Of a DNA stretch of 64,000 bases, positions 26,748 through 38,251 are shown one piece after another. Source of the DNA: Octopus sinensis (lineage: Eukaryota); assembly GCF_006345805.1 (NCBI RefSeq), contig NC_043020.1:10478001-10542000 (forward strand), given 5' to 3'. Made by a program: the position numbers and the translations under genes. Position 1 is the first letter of the stretch, and the number at the start of each line of letters is the position of its first letter. The notes beneath the pieces are model-generated. The model was given only the letters and a program-made list of their open reading frames with translations, was not told the DNA's origin and did not search any database.

Positions 26748-28047
26748 TTCCGTCCGTCTTCACACGTTCTGTGTTCAAATTCCGCCGAGGTCGACTTTGC
26801 CTTTCATCCTTTCGGGGTCGATAAATTAAGTACCAGTTACGCAGTGCGGGTCGATGTAATCGACTTAATACCTTTGTCTGTCCTTATTTGTCCTCTCTGT
26901 GTTTAGCCCCTTGTGGGTAGTAAAGAAATAGGTATTTCGTCTGCGTTACGTTCTGTGTTCAAATTCCGCCGAGGTCGACTGAGCCTTTCATCCTTTCGGG
27001 GTCGATAAATTAAGTACCAGTTACGCAGTGCGGGTCGATGTAATCGACTTAATACCTTTGTCTGTCCTTATTTGTCCTCTCTGTGTTTAGCCCCTTGTGG
27101 GTAGTAAAGAAATAGGTATTTCGTCTGCGTTACGTTGTGTGGTCAAATTCCGCCGAGGTCGACTTTGCCTTTCATCCTTTCGGGGTCGATAAATTAAGTA
27201 CCAGTTACGTTACGCACTGGGGTCGATATAATCGACTTAATCCTTTGTCTGTCCTTGTTTGTCCTCTCTGTGTTTAGCCCCTTGTGGGTAGTAAAGAATA
27301 GGTATTTCGTCGTCTGCGTTACGTTCTGTGTTCAAATTCCGCCGAGGTCGACTTAGCCTTTCATCCTTTCGGGGTCGATAAATTAAGTACCAGTTACGCA
27401 GTGCGGGTCGATGTAATCGACTTAATACCTTTGTCTGTCCTTATTTGTCCTCTCTGTGTTTAGAGAGCCCCTTGTGGGTAGTAAGAAATAGGTATTTCGT
27501 CTGCGTTACGTTGTGTGGTCAAATTCCGCCGCCGAGGTCGACTTTGCCTTTCATCCTTTCGGGGTCGATAAATTAAGTACCAGTTACGCAGTGCGGGTCG
27601 ATGTAATCGACTTAATACCTTTGTCTGTCCTTATTTGTCCTCTCTGTGTTTAGCCCCTTGTGGGTAGTAAAGAAATAGGTATTTCGTCTGCGTTACGTTC
27701 TGTGGTCAAATTCCGCCGAGGTCGACTTTGCCTTTCATCCTTTCGGGGTCGATAAATTAAGTACCAGTTACGCAGTGCGGGTCGATGTAATCGACTTAAT
27801 CCGTCTGTCTGTCCTTATTTGACCTCTCTGTGTTTAGCCCCTTGTGGGTAGTAAAGAAATAGGTATTTCGTCTGCGTTACGTTCTGTGGTCAAATTCCGC
27901 CGAGGTCGACTTTGCCTTTCATCCTTTCGGGGTCGATAAATTAAGTACCAGTTACGCACTGGGGTCGATGTAATCGACTTAATACCTTTGTCTGTCCTTG
28001 TTTGTCCGCTCTATGTTTAGCCCCTTGTGGGCAATAAAGAAATAGGT
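26748..28047 (+). repeat. Tandem array of seven headless SINE-B monomers (~185 bp)
   Basis: Monomer starts near 26748, 26931, 27115, 27301, 27491, 27678, 27862. Confidence 0.92.
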
Positions 28048-28058
28048 ACTACTTAAGA

Positions 28059-28280
28059 AGAGTTGTCCCGGTGCGCGCACTCGAGTACTCGCTCATCCGC
28101 GCCAGCTAGTCGTGACTAGTCGATCCTTACTTTGTGCTTTTGTGTTTTATTTACTTTTTTCAAAAAAATTATTTATTTTGTGTTTTATTTACTTCGCTAG
28201 GTAGTCGTTGTAGGATCGACTAGTCACGACTAGCTAGCGCGGATGCACGAGTACGCGAGTGCGCGCACTGGGACCACTCT
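28059..28280. mobile_element. CpG-rich MITE with ~70-bp TIRs
   Basis: AGAGTTGTCCCGGTGCGCGCACTCG...GATCCT versus its reverse complement at 28212-28280. Confidence 0.8.
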
Positions 28281-28429
28281 CTATTTGCTGTCCGGCAATG
28301 TTTGTTCAGACGCAATTTGTGATGTAGGGCGCGAAAATACCTTAAGCTAAGCCTGAAAGCAATGAAGTCATAAAAGAATCATCCATAACTTGCAGTAATC
28401 AACATTTATTAAACGTTATTACTGTTATT

Positions 28430-28677
28430 TCTTTATTTTCTGCAAACAAAATGCACAAAAAAGCTACACGTTTGCATTATGTTATATATACAATAATAAT
28501 AAAGGACGTTACTGTATACAGTTTTACAAACCAAGGACGTTATATAGACCTCCTCGACTCAAGCTAGAGAAGGGGATGCGTATTATACACAAGGTTTAGG
28601 TTTTTCAGAAGTAAAGCCCCCTAAAAATCACCTGCGTATTAAACTCAAGGGTGGACTATACTCGAGGATTTACGGTA
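28430..28677 (-). mobile_element. pogo/Tc2-like terminal fragment
   Basis: Terminus reads TA-CCGTAAATCCTCGAGTATA on the minus strand. Confidence 0.45.
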
Positions 28678-28759
28678 CTTATCGTTTTCTTATTCGCCAT
28701 CTTCGACTGTGACAGGGAAAATCCCAGTTTAAAAATAGACTCAACTTTTAACCAAATAA

Positions 28760-28860
28760 GCAGCAGTAGTAGTAGTAGTAGTAGTAGTAGTAGCAGCAGC
28801 AGCAGCAGTGGCAGCAGCAGCAGCAGCAGCAGTAGTAGTGGTAGTAGTAGCAGCAGCAGC

Positions 28861-28891
<31 letters not shown>

Positions 28892-28905
28892 ATGGTGGTA
28901 GTAGT
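28760..28905. repeat. (AGC/AGT/GGT)n trinucleotide tract
   Basis: Direct observation. Confidence 0.95.
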
Positions 28906-29242
28906 AGGCGGCCAGCCCTGATTGAACCGGAATATTATGATGAAAGACATTTCAACCGTGACCACCACATAATGTTTTCTTCGTATGTGCAAGGAACGGA
29001 GGACCACATCATCCATAATCATGTTTTCTAAGGCGATAAGGAGTGATTTAGCTGCTCTTTCTAGGTGGTCAAATGGCGATATAGAGTCTCTCAAAATGCT
29101 TTCATGTTTAGAGTTGTGCGTGACACGGTCCTACAATGGATTTAGAGGCACATCTTGTAAGGGTGGTTTAGAGGCACAAATGGGCAGTGAGGTGGCGCAA
29201 CTAAAATATTCTGAGAAAGTCAGGTGTTAAGAAAATACATAT

Positions 29243-29600
29243 GGATGCGCAATGGCCCAGTGGTTAGGGCAGCGGACTCGCGGTCATAGGATCGCGGTTT
29301 CGATTCCCAGACCGGGCGTTGTGAGTGTTTATTGAGCGAAAACACCTAAAGCTCCATGAGGCTCCGGCAGGGGATGGTGGTGATCCCTGCTGTACTCTTT
29401 CACCACAACTTTCTCTCACTCTTACTTCCTGTTTCTGTTGTACCTGTATTTCAAGGGGCCGGCCTTGTCACACTCTGTGTCACGCTGAATATCCCCGAGA
29501 ACTACGTTAAGGGTACACGTGTCTGTGGAGTGCTCAGCCACTTACACGTTAATTTCACGAGCAGGATGTTCCGTCGTCGTAACCGACGGAGTGCTTCCAA
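29243..29600 (+). mobile_element. SINE family C
   Basis: tRNA-like head with A/B boxes; tail gtcgtcgtaaccgacggagtgcttcca. Confidence 0.88.
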
Positions 29601-29649
29601 TACATGTTACAGCAACCTGAGAATGCTGAAATAATTGATGGACACGTGC

Positions 29650-29800
29650 ATATGCCGCAGTGGTTAAGAGCGCGAGCTACTAAGCCCAAGATTCCAAGTT
29701 CGATTCCAAGCAGTGACCTACTGTTGTTGTGTCATTCCTCCTAATGTTAACGGCGGTGCATCAGCATGGCCGCAGCTCTGAGCTGAAACTAGAAAAAAAA
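29650..29800 (+). mobile_element. Short SINE-like unit: tRNA-like head + GGCGGTGC...GCTGAAACTAG tail
   Basis: gcagtggttaagagcg...ccaagttcgattcc head; tail shared with 43626 and 49078. Confidence 0.5.
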
Positions 29801-29820
29801 CAAAAAAACATTTTAACAAA

Positions 29821-30230
29821 GGTGCAGGAGTGGCTGTGTGGTAAGTAGCTTGCTAACCAACCACATGGTTCCGGGTTCAGTCCCACTGCGTGGCATCTTG
29901 GGCAAGTGTCTTCTGCTATAGCCCCGGGCCGACCAATGCCTTGTGAGTGGATTTGGTAGACGGAAACTGAAAGAAGCCTGTCGTATATATGTATATATAT
30001 ATATATATATGTGTGTGTTTATCTGTGTTTGTCCCCCTAGCATTGCTTGACAACCGATGCTGGTGTGTTTACGTCCCCGTCACTTAGCGGTTCGGCAAAA
30101 GAGGCCGATAGAATAAGTACTGGGCTTACAAAGAATAAGTCCCGGGGTCGATTTGCTCGACTAAAGGCGGTGCTCCAGCATGGCCGCAGCCAAATGACTG
30201 AAACAAATAAAAGAGAGAAAGAGTAAGAGT
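29821..30230 (+). mobile_element. SINE family A
   Basis: Full copy. Confidence 0.88.
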
Positions 30231-30289
30231 AACCCCACAACAATTTAGGTCAAATTTCGTTATTCAGTTAATCAAAAATCATCTCACGC

Positions 30290-30925
30290 TTTGCTTCAAT
30301 GATCGAAAAACCGCTACTCCTCAGTCCTAGACTGGTCAACAGAAGAGGACCAATCATTCTTCATGACAATGCTCGACCACACATTTCATTAATGACGCTC
30401 TTCCCCGCCCAGCTTATTCCCCACACTTTTCTCCTACCGGCAACCACTTTTCCAAGCATTTGATGGTTTCCTGCAAGAGAAGGAGTTCCAAAATCAAACC
30501 TATTTCTTTATTACCCACAAGGGGCTAAACACAGAGGGGACAAACAAGGACAGACATAGGTATTAAGTCGATTACATCGACCCCAGTGCGTAACTGGTAC
30601 TTAATTTATCGACCCCCGAAAGGATGAAAGGCAGAATTTGAACTCACAATGTAACGCAGACGAAATACCGCTAAGCATTTCGCCCGGCGTACTAACGGTT
30701 CTGCCGCCAAAATCAAACCGATGCTGAGAGTGCGTCCAAGGATTTCGTTCATCAGCTCCAGAACTCCAGGTTTTTATGTCACCGGAATAAACAAAGTTGT
30801 AACTCGTTGGCAAAAAAATGTTGATTGTAACGGAACTTACTTTGATGAATAAAATTTCCGCATTGTTGAGATATATTGTGATGAATTTCATGTTTCAAAA
30901 CGTCGCTTACTCTGTACTCAGCTAG
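30290..30925 (+). mobile_element. mariner transposase 3' part (decayed), interrupted by SINE B
   Basis: LVNRRGPIILHDNARPH, PAYSP, GINKVVTRWQK.VDCNGTYFDE* motifs. SINE B 30501-30706 (minus) is flanked by the 13-bp TSD CCAAAATCAAACC. Confidence 0.82.
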
Positions 30926-30950
30926 ACACACACACACACACACACACACA

Positions 30951-30982
<32 letters not shown>

Positions 30983-31034
30983 GCACACACGCACACACAC
31001 ACGCACGCACACACACACATTCTTTTACTTGTTT

Positions 31035-31450
31035 CTGCAGTAATGGTTTTTTTGGGGGGTTTTAAGTAGTTATACCGAATGAGTCCACCACCAAACAGTT
31101 ACCGTAACCTTCATTTTGAAGAGCTCGGGGTTTAGGGAAGGATTTCGGTACTTCATTTTGGTCCAACTACTGCGAAGAACGTTGTTTTTTTTTTGTTTTT
31201 TTTTTGCTGTACAAAATCCACTTTTCATCGCAAGCTTACAATACGATCGAGAAATGGATCAGTCTGGTTACGGTGAAGAAGCGACGAGCAAATTTCATAT
31301 CTGCGCATTTTCTGATTTTCATTCAAATTTTCATTTGTCGAGCTTTCTTGATTTTCTGATCTCATATGGTTGCAGACAGTTTTCTGGCTAACTTGAAGTT
31401 CTTTTGCCAGTTCTCGGGTGGTTTTATGTGAATCTTTCTCAATGACCGTC
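31035..31450 (-). mobile_element. mariner transposase middle part (decayed)
   Basis: Minus-strand TTRELAKELQVSQ, NENQKMRRYEICSSLLHRNQTDPFLDRIV..DEKWILY, KVTVTVWW, TITAE. Confidence 0.8.
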
Positions 31451-31470
31451 TTTAATTGACAGTTCCATTT

Positions 31471-31660
31471 CAGATGACGGTAACATTTTCTTTATTAGGC
31501 ACTCAGGCCACTAACACAGAGGGGACAGACACTACAATGACAGACACAACACCACAGTGGGGACAAACAGATGACGGTAACATTTTCTTTATTAGGCACT
31601 CAGGCCACTAACACAGAGGGGACACTACAAGGACAGACACAACACCACAGTGGGGACAAA
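31471..31660. repeat. ~97-bp tandem duplication
   Basis: CAGATGACGGTAACATTTTC...GTGGGGACAAA twice. Confidence 0.85.
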
Positions 31661-31754
31661 AAACACAAAACGAATGAGTATGAATATTATATAATAATGA
31701 AGGATGAATGGCTGCATGGGCCCCACTCCTCATGCAGTACCATTTGAACATTTG

Positions 31755-32130
31755 TGGAAGCACTCCGTCGGTTACGACGACGAGGGTTCCGGTTGATCCG
31801 ATCAACGGAACAGCCTGCTCGTGAAATTAACGTGTAAGTGGCTGAGCACTCCACAGACACATGCACCCTTAACGTAGTTCTCGGGGATATTCAGCGTGAC
31901 ACAGAGAGTGACAAGGCCGCCCCTTGAAATACAGGTACAACAACAGAAAGAAGTAAGAGTGGAGTGAGAGAAAGTTGAGGCGAAAGAGTACAACAGGGAG
32001 TCGCCACCACCCCCTGCCGGAGCCTCGTGGAGCTTTAGGTGTTTTCGCTCAATAAACACACACAACGCCCGGTCTGGGAATCGAAACCGCGAGTCCGCTG
32101 CCCTAACCACTGGGCCATTGCGCCTCCACT
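31755..32130 (-). mobile_element. SINE family C
   Basis: Reverse complement of 29243-29600. Confidence 0.88.
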
Positions 32131-32680
32131 ATCGATAAAATAAAGACCCAATGAAGGACTGCGGTCGATTTAATCAACTAGAATGAATTAAGAGACTCTG
32201 AACCTATAAGTTCGAACCAAATACTGAGATCGATTACATATACATGCTGTTGTTGTTATCTTTAAGCTAGTTATTTTTGGTCTGATGGTACTTGATACAA
32301 AAATAGGGAAACAAGTATATAGACAGAAATGGGTATTAAGGAACTAGGGGTCATTTAAGGTCCAAAGGGCTGAGGTGAGAACAGACGCTATAAGCCACCA
32401 ATATCTTTCATGTGCTGAAAAAGTAGGGGAGCGTCGTTCCCTTGAGTAACCCTTCATTTCCAACTCTGAAAGAAAATAGTTTTTGAATCTGGAGAAGTTG
32501 GTGTATAAACGCAAATCAGGGCGAAACATTCCTCTGTGGGAGTGGTCATGGGAGAAATACTATCGAACCTGATACTGGCAAATGTCTGCATTGAGAAAGT
32601 GGTTGTTTGAAATTGAGTTCATGGCCATAGTGTATGTATATGTATGTATATGTATGTATATGTATGTATGTATGTATCTG

Positions 32681-33089
32681 GATCTTTTCGGTTTGAACGG
32701 CAGTTTTTTCTAGCGGTGTCATATGAAATTGTCACCCATAATTATGACCCTAGTATCGATCTATTGCATTTCAATCTATTTTAGGGTTAGGGGTGGGGGG
32801 AAGGGTATCTTTTTTTCTTCACAAATGTAAATAAACCCAATCTGTTTCTTAAACGAGGGACATATTCATACGGCACAGAATGCTTTTTTACCGCAATAGA
32901 CGTCATTGATTGGTTGAAATTGCAGAAATTGAAGAAAAAACAACAACAAATATCTTACAAGCTATAGAATTTTCTCAATAAAGTCAAGAGAAAAAAGATG
33001 TTTTATAAACACATTCTACCAGTATACGAAGTTTAAAATGTTTTAGTTACCTAGAAATTATGTTAAACGCTGCCGTTCAAACCGAAAAG

Positions 33090-33092
<3 letters not shown>
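32681..33092. mobile_element. MITE with ~22-bp TIR GATCTTTTCGGTTTGAACGGCAG
   Basis: Both TIRs present; second copy in opposite orientation at 44935-45349. Confidence 0.85.
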
Positions 33093-33125
<33 letters not shown>

Positions 33126-33127
33126 GA

Positions 33128-33181
<54 letters not shown>

Positions 33182-33218
33182 GTCTGTCTGACTATCTATC
33201 TATCTATCTATCTATCTA

Positions 33219-33273
<55 letters not shown>

Positions 33274-33283
33274 GTCTGTCTGA

Positions 33284-33317
<34 letters not shown>

Positions 33318-33367
33318 GTCTGTCTGACTATCTATCTATCTATCTATCTATCTATCTGTCTGTCTGA

Positions 33368-33405
<38 letters not shown>

Positions 33406-33419
33406 GTCTGTCTGTCTGA

Positions 33420-33457
<38 letters not shown>

Positions 33458-33490
33458 GTCTGTCTGACAATCTTTCTATCTATCTATCTA

Positions 33491-33531
<41 letters not shown>

Positions 33532-33535
33532 GTGT
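33090..33535. repeat. (TATC/TGTC)n tetranucleotide tract
   Basis: Direct observation. Confidence 0.95.
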
Positions 33536-33904
33536 ATATATATCGTTTCATTTAGAAAAACATAAAACGAAGAAGCACACTCTAAGAAGTAGAGCAGTCT
33601 ATATTTATTACTGGTGAAGGCCTGTTCATGGGGTTCCCCTGGGTTTCTCGCTATAAAGAGTATCTTTATGGCATATCACCAGATCCTAAGACTTGTTGAC
33701 CTATGGCCTCTTTAAACTATGGAGGGGGAAACGAACTGGATATAAACAATGGGAGTTGTCTCCTTCTTCTGGTGGTCATCGGCTTCTGGCTTTGTCGTCC
33801 GTCTTCACCTACGCCGTCTGTCGGCCGTGAAGGTAGAGGGTATGGGGTTATCTCCCACTCACATCCGCAATCAATTTCCAGCCATGGTGTAAATATTATC
33901 GCTA

Positions 33905-34138
33905 ATACCTATTTCTTTATTACCCACAAGGGGCTAAACACAGAGGGGACAAACAAGGACAGACATAGGTATTAAGTCGATTACATCGACCCCAGTGCGT
34001 AACTGGTACTTAATTTATCGACCCCGAAAGGATGAAAGGCAAAGTCGACCTCGGCGGAATTTGAACTCACAACGTAACGGCAGCCGAAATACCGCTAAGC
34101 ATTTCGCCCGACGTGCTAACGATTCTGCCAGCTCGCTA
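33905..34138 (-). mobile_element. SINE family B
   Basis: Full copy. Confidence 0.88.
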
Positions 34139-34594
34139 TTATCATCATTATGCGGTTCCCAAAACGCTAATAAGAATTTCCTGAAATGCAAGCACGGCCC
34201 CAAAATCTCCGTCCTGGAGTTCAGTATGTTCTCTGCTACATGCGAGTTTTTTCAGGATTTCCATGCGTTCGGCTACGCATAGCTTGCAGCGTTTCGTTCC
34301 ATGAATGTACGGACCTGGAGGCGAATTTTTTTTCCCCCCACGAGGGTTCCGGACCCCAGTAATGAACTCATTTGCATACAGCCAATCAGAACTCTCTTTG
34401 ACTTTGTTGTCAAGTTAATAAACACAATCTACTAAGTAAACTCATGACGAAGAACGGTTTTGTAAGTCGACCGATCGCCAAGTTCTGATTTTAGAAAGAG
34501 ACAAGTTATTAGATATGATAACAATTTAATAAATAAAACATATGCATATATACATACATACATATATGTACATACCTACATCTGTATGTATATA

Positions 34595-34667
<73 letters not shown>

Positions 34668-34749
34668 TTATTTATTTATTTATTTATTTATTTTTTAGAA
34701 GGAGCTTCTACAGGACTAGAACTGTTTCATTCAAATGAAATCATCATGA

Positions 34750-34800
34750 AGCTTCCTGATGATTTCATTTGAATGAAACAGTTCTAGTCCTGTAGAAGCT
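34750..34800 (+). ncRNA. Candidate type I hammerhead ribozyme at the centre of a 112-bp palindrome (34696-34807)
   Basis: Stem I AGCTTC/GAAGCT; CTGATGA; stem II TTC-ATTT-GAA with a U.U closing pair; GAAA; stem III ACAG/CTGT; cleavage triplet GTA. Confidence 0.55.
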
Positions 34801-36006
34801 CCTTCTATAAAATAAATTAATTTACTCTGCTATGTATTGAGTACCTTATTTACTGTGGTTAACCCCGACTCAACGCGGGACCTACATATATATATATATA
34901 TGAGTACAGGACACCACAAATAAACGTAGAACACAACGAGAAACGAAAACATAAAATCAAACAAGGAAACGGACTTTTTTTAACAACGAAAAAAACAGAG
35001 TACAAGACAAACAATACAAGGAATATTCCCCTTCATCAGCTGCCCCCTGTTTCGACTCAATGCGTGTTAGGGCTCCGTATGGTAAAGATGTGGACGTGGA
35101 AAATGTGGGTAGAGGGTGATGTTCTAGCAACCCTGGCCCCTTACTGTTTTACAACATAAACAACAGCACAAATCACTACGCAGAGACAGCCATGGTTGGA
35201 ACAAGAACAAGCGTTATTACAAGAGAAAAGAAGCAAGGTCATTCCTTATCCAAGTGACCTTATCTTATTGCCCATCACTTGTTATACGCTCATAAATCAG
35301 TTTGATAGCTGAGCTCTGATTGGTTGTATGCAAATGAGTTCATAACTGGGGTCCGGAATTCTCGTGGGAAAAAGATTTCGCGACCCAGACGGTGGAGGAT
35401 TTTCCTTGGTATTGAGTATGGAATTCCATCTTCCCTCGGTTACCAGATATGGCTGGCCAGCGATATTACATATCTCCTTTTCGGGACCCTGAAGGAGGAT
35501 CTCTGGTTGGAGAGATGTTTCCCGCGCATCCGATGTATTTCCTTGGATGCGTGGAGTCGTTCTTGTGCTTACCATTGCTGACATTGTGGCTGCTGCTGTC
35601 GGTGTTGCTGTTGTTGCTGCTGCTGGTTGTTGTTGTTGTTAAACTACAAGACAGGTAAGGGTGATTAGGTGATGGTCTAGGGCGTAGGGGCGCTGGAGAC
35701 CCCAGACCTTGGAAAAAAAAAAACTTTGGTCGTCTTGTTGTAGTCGAGGGCTCCTCGTTGACACCCGACAGCACTGGGAGGTGGCCCTCGAAGTCGTTGG
35801 AAATGGAGATCTCCAGGTCCAAATTCTTGGACGGCTGCTGCTGCTGGTGGTGCCGGCGATGGTGTGATTCTAGTGGTGCTGGCGCTGGGGCTGTTGGTGG
35901 TGATGCCACTGGAGGTGGTGATTGTGTCAATAGTGTTACTGCTTCTGCGTGTGTTGCCGGCGGTATATATGTTAGTGTTATTAAGATGCTGGTACTGCTG
36001 CCGTTG

Positions 36007-36378
36007 TGGAGGCGCAATGGCCCAGTGGTTAGGGCAGCAGACTCGCGGTTTCGATTCCCAGACCGGGCGTTGTGAGTGTTTATTGAGCGAAAACACCCAA
36101 AAGCTCCACAACGCTCCGGCAGGGGATGGTGGTGATCCCTGCTGTACTCTTTCACCACAACTTTCTCTCACTCTTACTTCCTGTTTCTGTTGTACCTGTA
36201 TTTCAAGGGGCCGGCCTTGTCACTCTCTGTGTCACGCTGAATATCCCCGAGAACTACGTTAAGGGTACACGTGTCTGTGGAGTGCTCAGCCACTTACACG
36301 TTAATTTCATGAGCAGGCTGTTCCGTTGATTCGGATCAACCGGAATCTTCGTCGTCGTAACCGACGGAGTGCTTCCAT
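36007..36378 (+). mobile_element. SINE family C
   Basis: Full copy. Confidence 0.88.
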
Positions 36379-36599
36379 ATACTGCTGCTTGTTGTCGTTG
36401 CTGCTGCTGCTGCTGTTGCTGTTGCTGTTGAGCGGACGGTCTTCGTCCCAGAGCTCGCAAGATGAGAGAAGTCCGAAACGTGGTCCTTTTCTATTCGTAA
36501 GACCCGCAGAGGAGAAAGCAGGTCAACCCCCGACACCGAGAGCATCGACGGATAGATGAATGCGCATCCAGGCTCAGCGGTTGCGTAGGAAGTCGGGGA

Positions 36600-36790
36600 G
36601 GACAAGAAACAGGAAGAAAGAGTGAGAGTAAGTTGGAGCGAAAGAGTACAACAGGGGTCGACACCCCCACCTGCCGGAGCCTCGTGGAGCTTTAGGTGTT
36701 TTCGCTCAATAAACACACACAACGGTCTGGGAATCGAAACCGCGATCCTCCGACCGCGAGTCCGCTGCCCTAACCACTGGGCCATTGCGT
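36600..36790 (-). mobile_element. SINE family C, 5' part
   Basis: Head and first half only. Confidence 0.85.
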
Positions 36791-37162
36791 CACCACATCT
36801 GTCGCTGCTGGAATGAGAGCTGTCAGTCGGTATGTTGTCCTGTTTGCTATTTGTAAGGTCGACGTCGGAGGCGACGTCACTGTGGTTGATGCTAGTGATG
36901 GTGGCGGTGCCGTCAGGGACGTAGCGGGCACCTGTCGGTGTTGCTCTTGTTGATGCCGGTAAGGCTGTTCGCGGTGGTGGTGGTGGTGGTGGTGGTGATG
37001 GTGGTGGTGGTGGTGGTGGTGATGGTGGTGGCGGCGGCGGCGGTGGTGGTGGTGATGGCGGTGATGTTGGCTCTGCCTTTGTGTCTACGACTGTTATGGT
37101 TCGTTCTGTGACTCACTCGTAGATAAAGGGGCAAGGTAGGCTCATAAAGAGGCTGAATTATA

Positions 37163-37760
37163 TCAATTTCTTTACTACCCACAAGGGGCTAAACAGAGGG
37201 GGCAAACAAGGACAGACATAGGTATTAAGTCGATTATATCGACCCCAGTGTGCAACTGGTACTTAATTTATCGACCCCGAAAGGATGAAAGGCAAAGTCG
37301 ACCTCGGCGGAATTTGAACTCACAACGTAACGCAGACGAAATACCTATTTTTTTACTACCTACAAGTGGCTAAACATAGAGGGGGGCAAACAAGGACAGA
37401 CATAGGTATTAAGTCGATTATATCGACCCCAGTGTGCAACTGGTACTTAATTTATCGACCCCGAAAGGATGAAAGGCAAAGTCGACCTCGGCGGAATTTG
37501 AACTCAGAACGTAGCGGCAGACGAAATACCTATTTTTTTACTACCTACAAGGGGCTAAACATAGAGGGGGGCAAACAAGGACAGACATAGGTATTAAGTC
37601 GATTATATCGACCCCAGTGTGCAACTGGTACTTAATTTATCGACCCCGAAAGGACGAAAGGCAAAGTCGACCTCGGCGGAATTTGAACTCACAACGTAAC
37701 GGCAGACGAAATGCCGCTAAGTATTTCGCCCGGCGTGCTAGCGTTTCTGCCAGCTCGCCA
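37163..37760 (-). mobile_element. SINE family B, head plus three monomers
   Basis: Three ~185-bp units. Confidence 0.88.
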
Positions 37761-37869
37761 ACACTGTATACCAATACCGAAGGATCGGCGAAAGCAAAGT
37801 AGATCACATTGGACCATGAACAACGAACGTAAAGTCTACGAAAGGCCACTTAGCATTTCGTCAGAAACG

Positions 37870-37915
37870 ATGAGAGAGAGAGAGATGGAGAGAGAGAGAG
37901 AGAGAGAGATGAGAG

Positions 37916-37964
<49 letters not shown>

Positions 37965-37965
37965 T
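37870..37965. repeat. (GA)n microsatellite
   Basis: Direct observation. Confidence 0.95.
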
Positions 37966-38184
37966 CAAGTAAAATTTCAGAAAGTATTGAAATGAAAAAG
38001 TGTAATTTAATTAGAATTCGAAAATAAGTAATCAAATCTAGTCAAAAAAAGAAAACGAAAAGTTCAGAACAACTTAAGCATTTTACAAATTGTCTTAAAT
38101 TTGTATCCGAGGCAAAATACGAAAAACTGAAAGAGGGCTTTAATAAATTTTCGCAAACTGATGACGATTTCAGAACAGGTCTTT

Positions 38185-38189
<5 letters not shown>

Positions 38190-38251
<62 letters not shown>

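Noticed and set aside
26490-26750. GC boxes (CCACGCCCCC, GGGCGGG) and a minus-strand donor-like GAA|gtaagc as another gene
   Set aside because: No consistent acceptor, frame or partner exon
26748-28047. Tandem array as a CRISPR array or retrozyme
   Set aside because: Units are homologous along their whole length with no unique spacers, and no CUGANGA/GAAA hammerhead core was found on either strand; the monomer is SINE-B body
29243-29320. SINE heads (families A, B, C) as tRNA genes
   Set aside because: A/B boxes are present but there is no full cloverleaf, and each continues into a repeat body
35020-35060. Minus-strand GAAAC…CTGATGA motif
   Set aside because: The order and helices do not fit any hammerhead topology
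35466-36158. 230-aa ORF as an intact gene
   Set aside because: Its N-terminal third is antisense SINE C and the remainder is low complexity; kept only as a possible pseudogene lead
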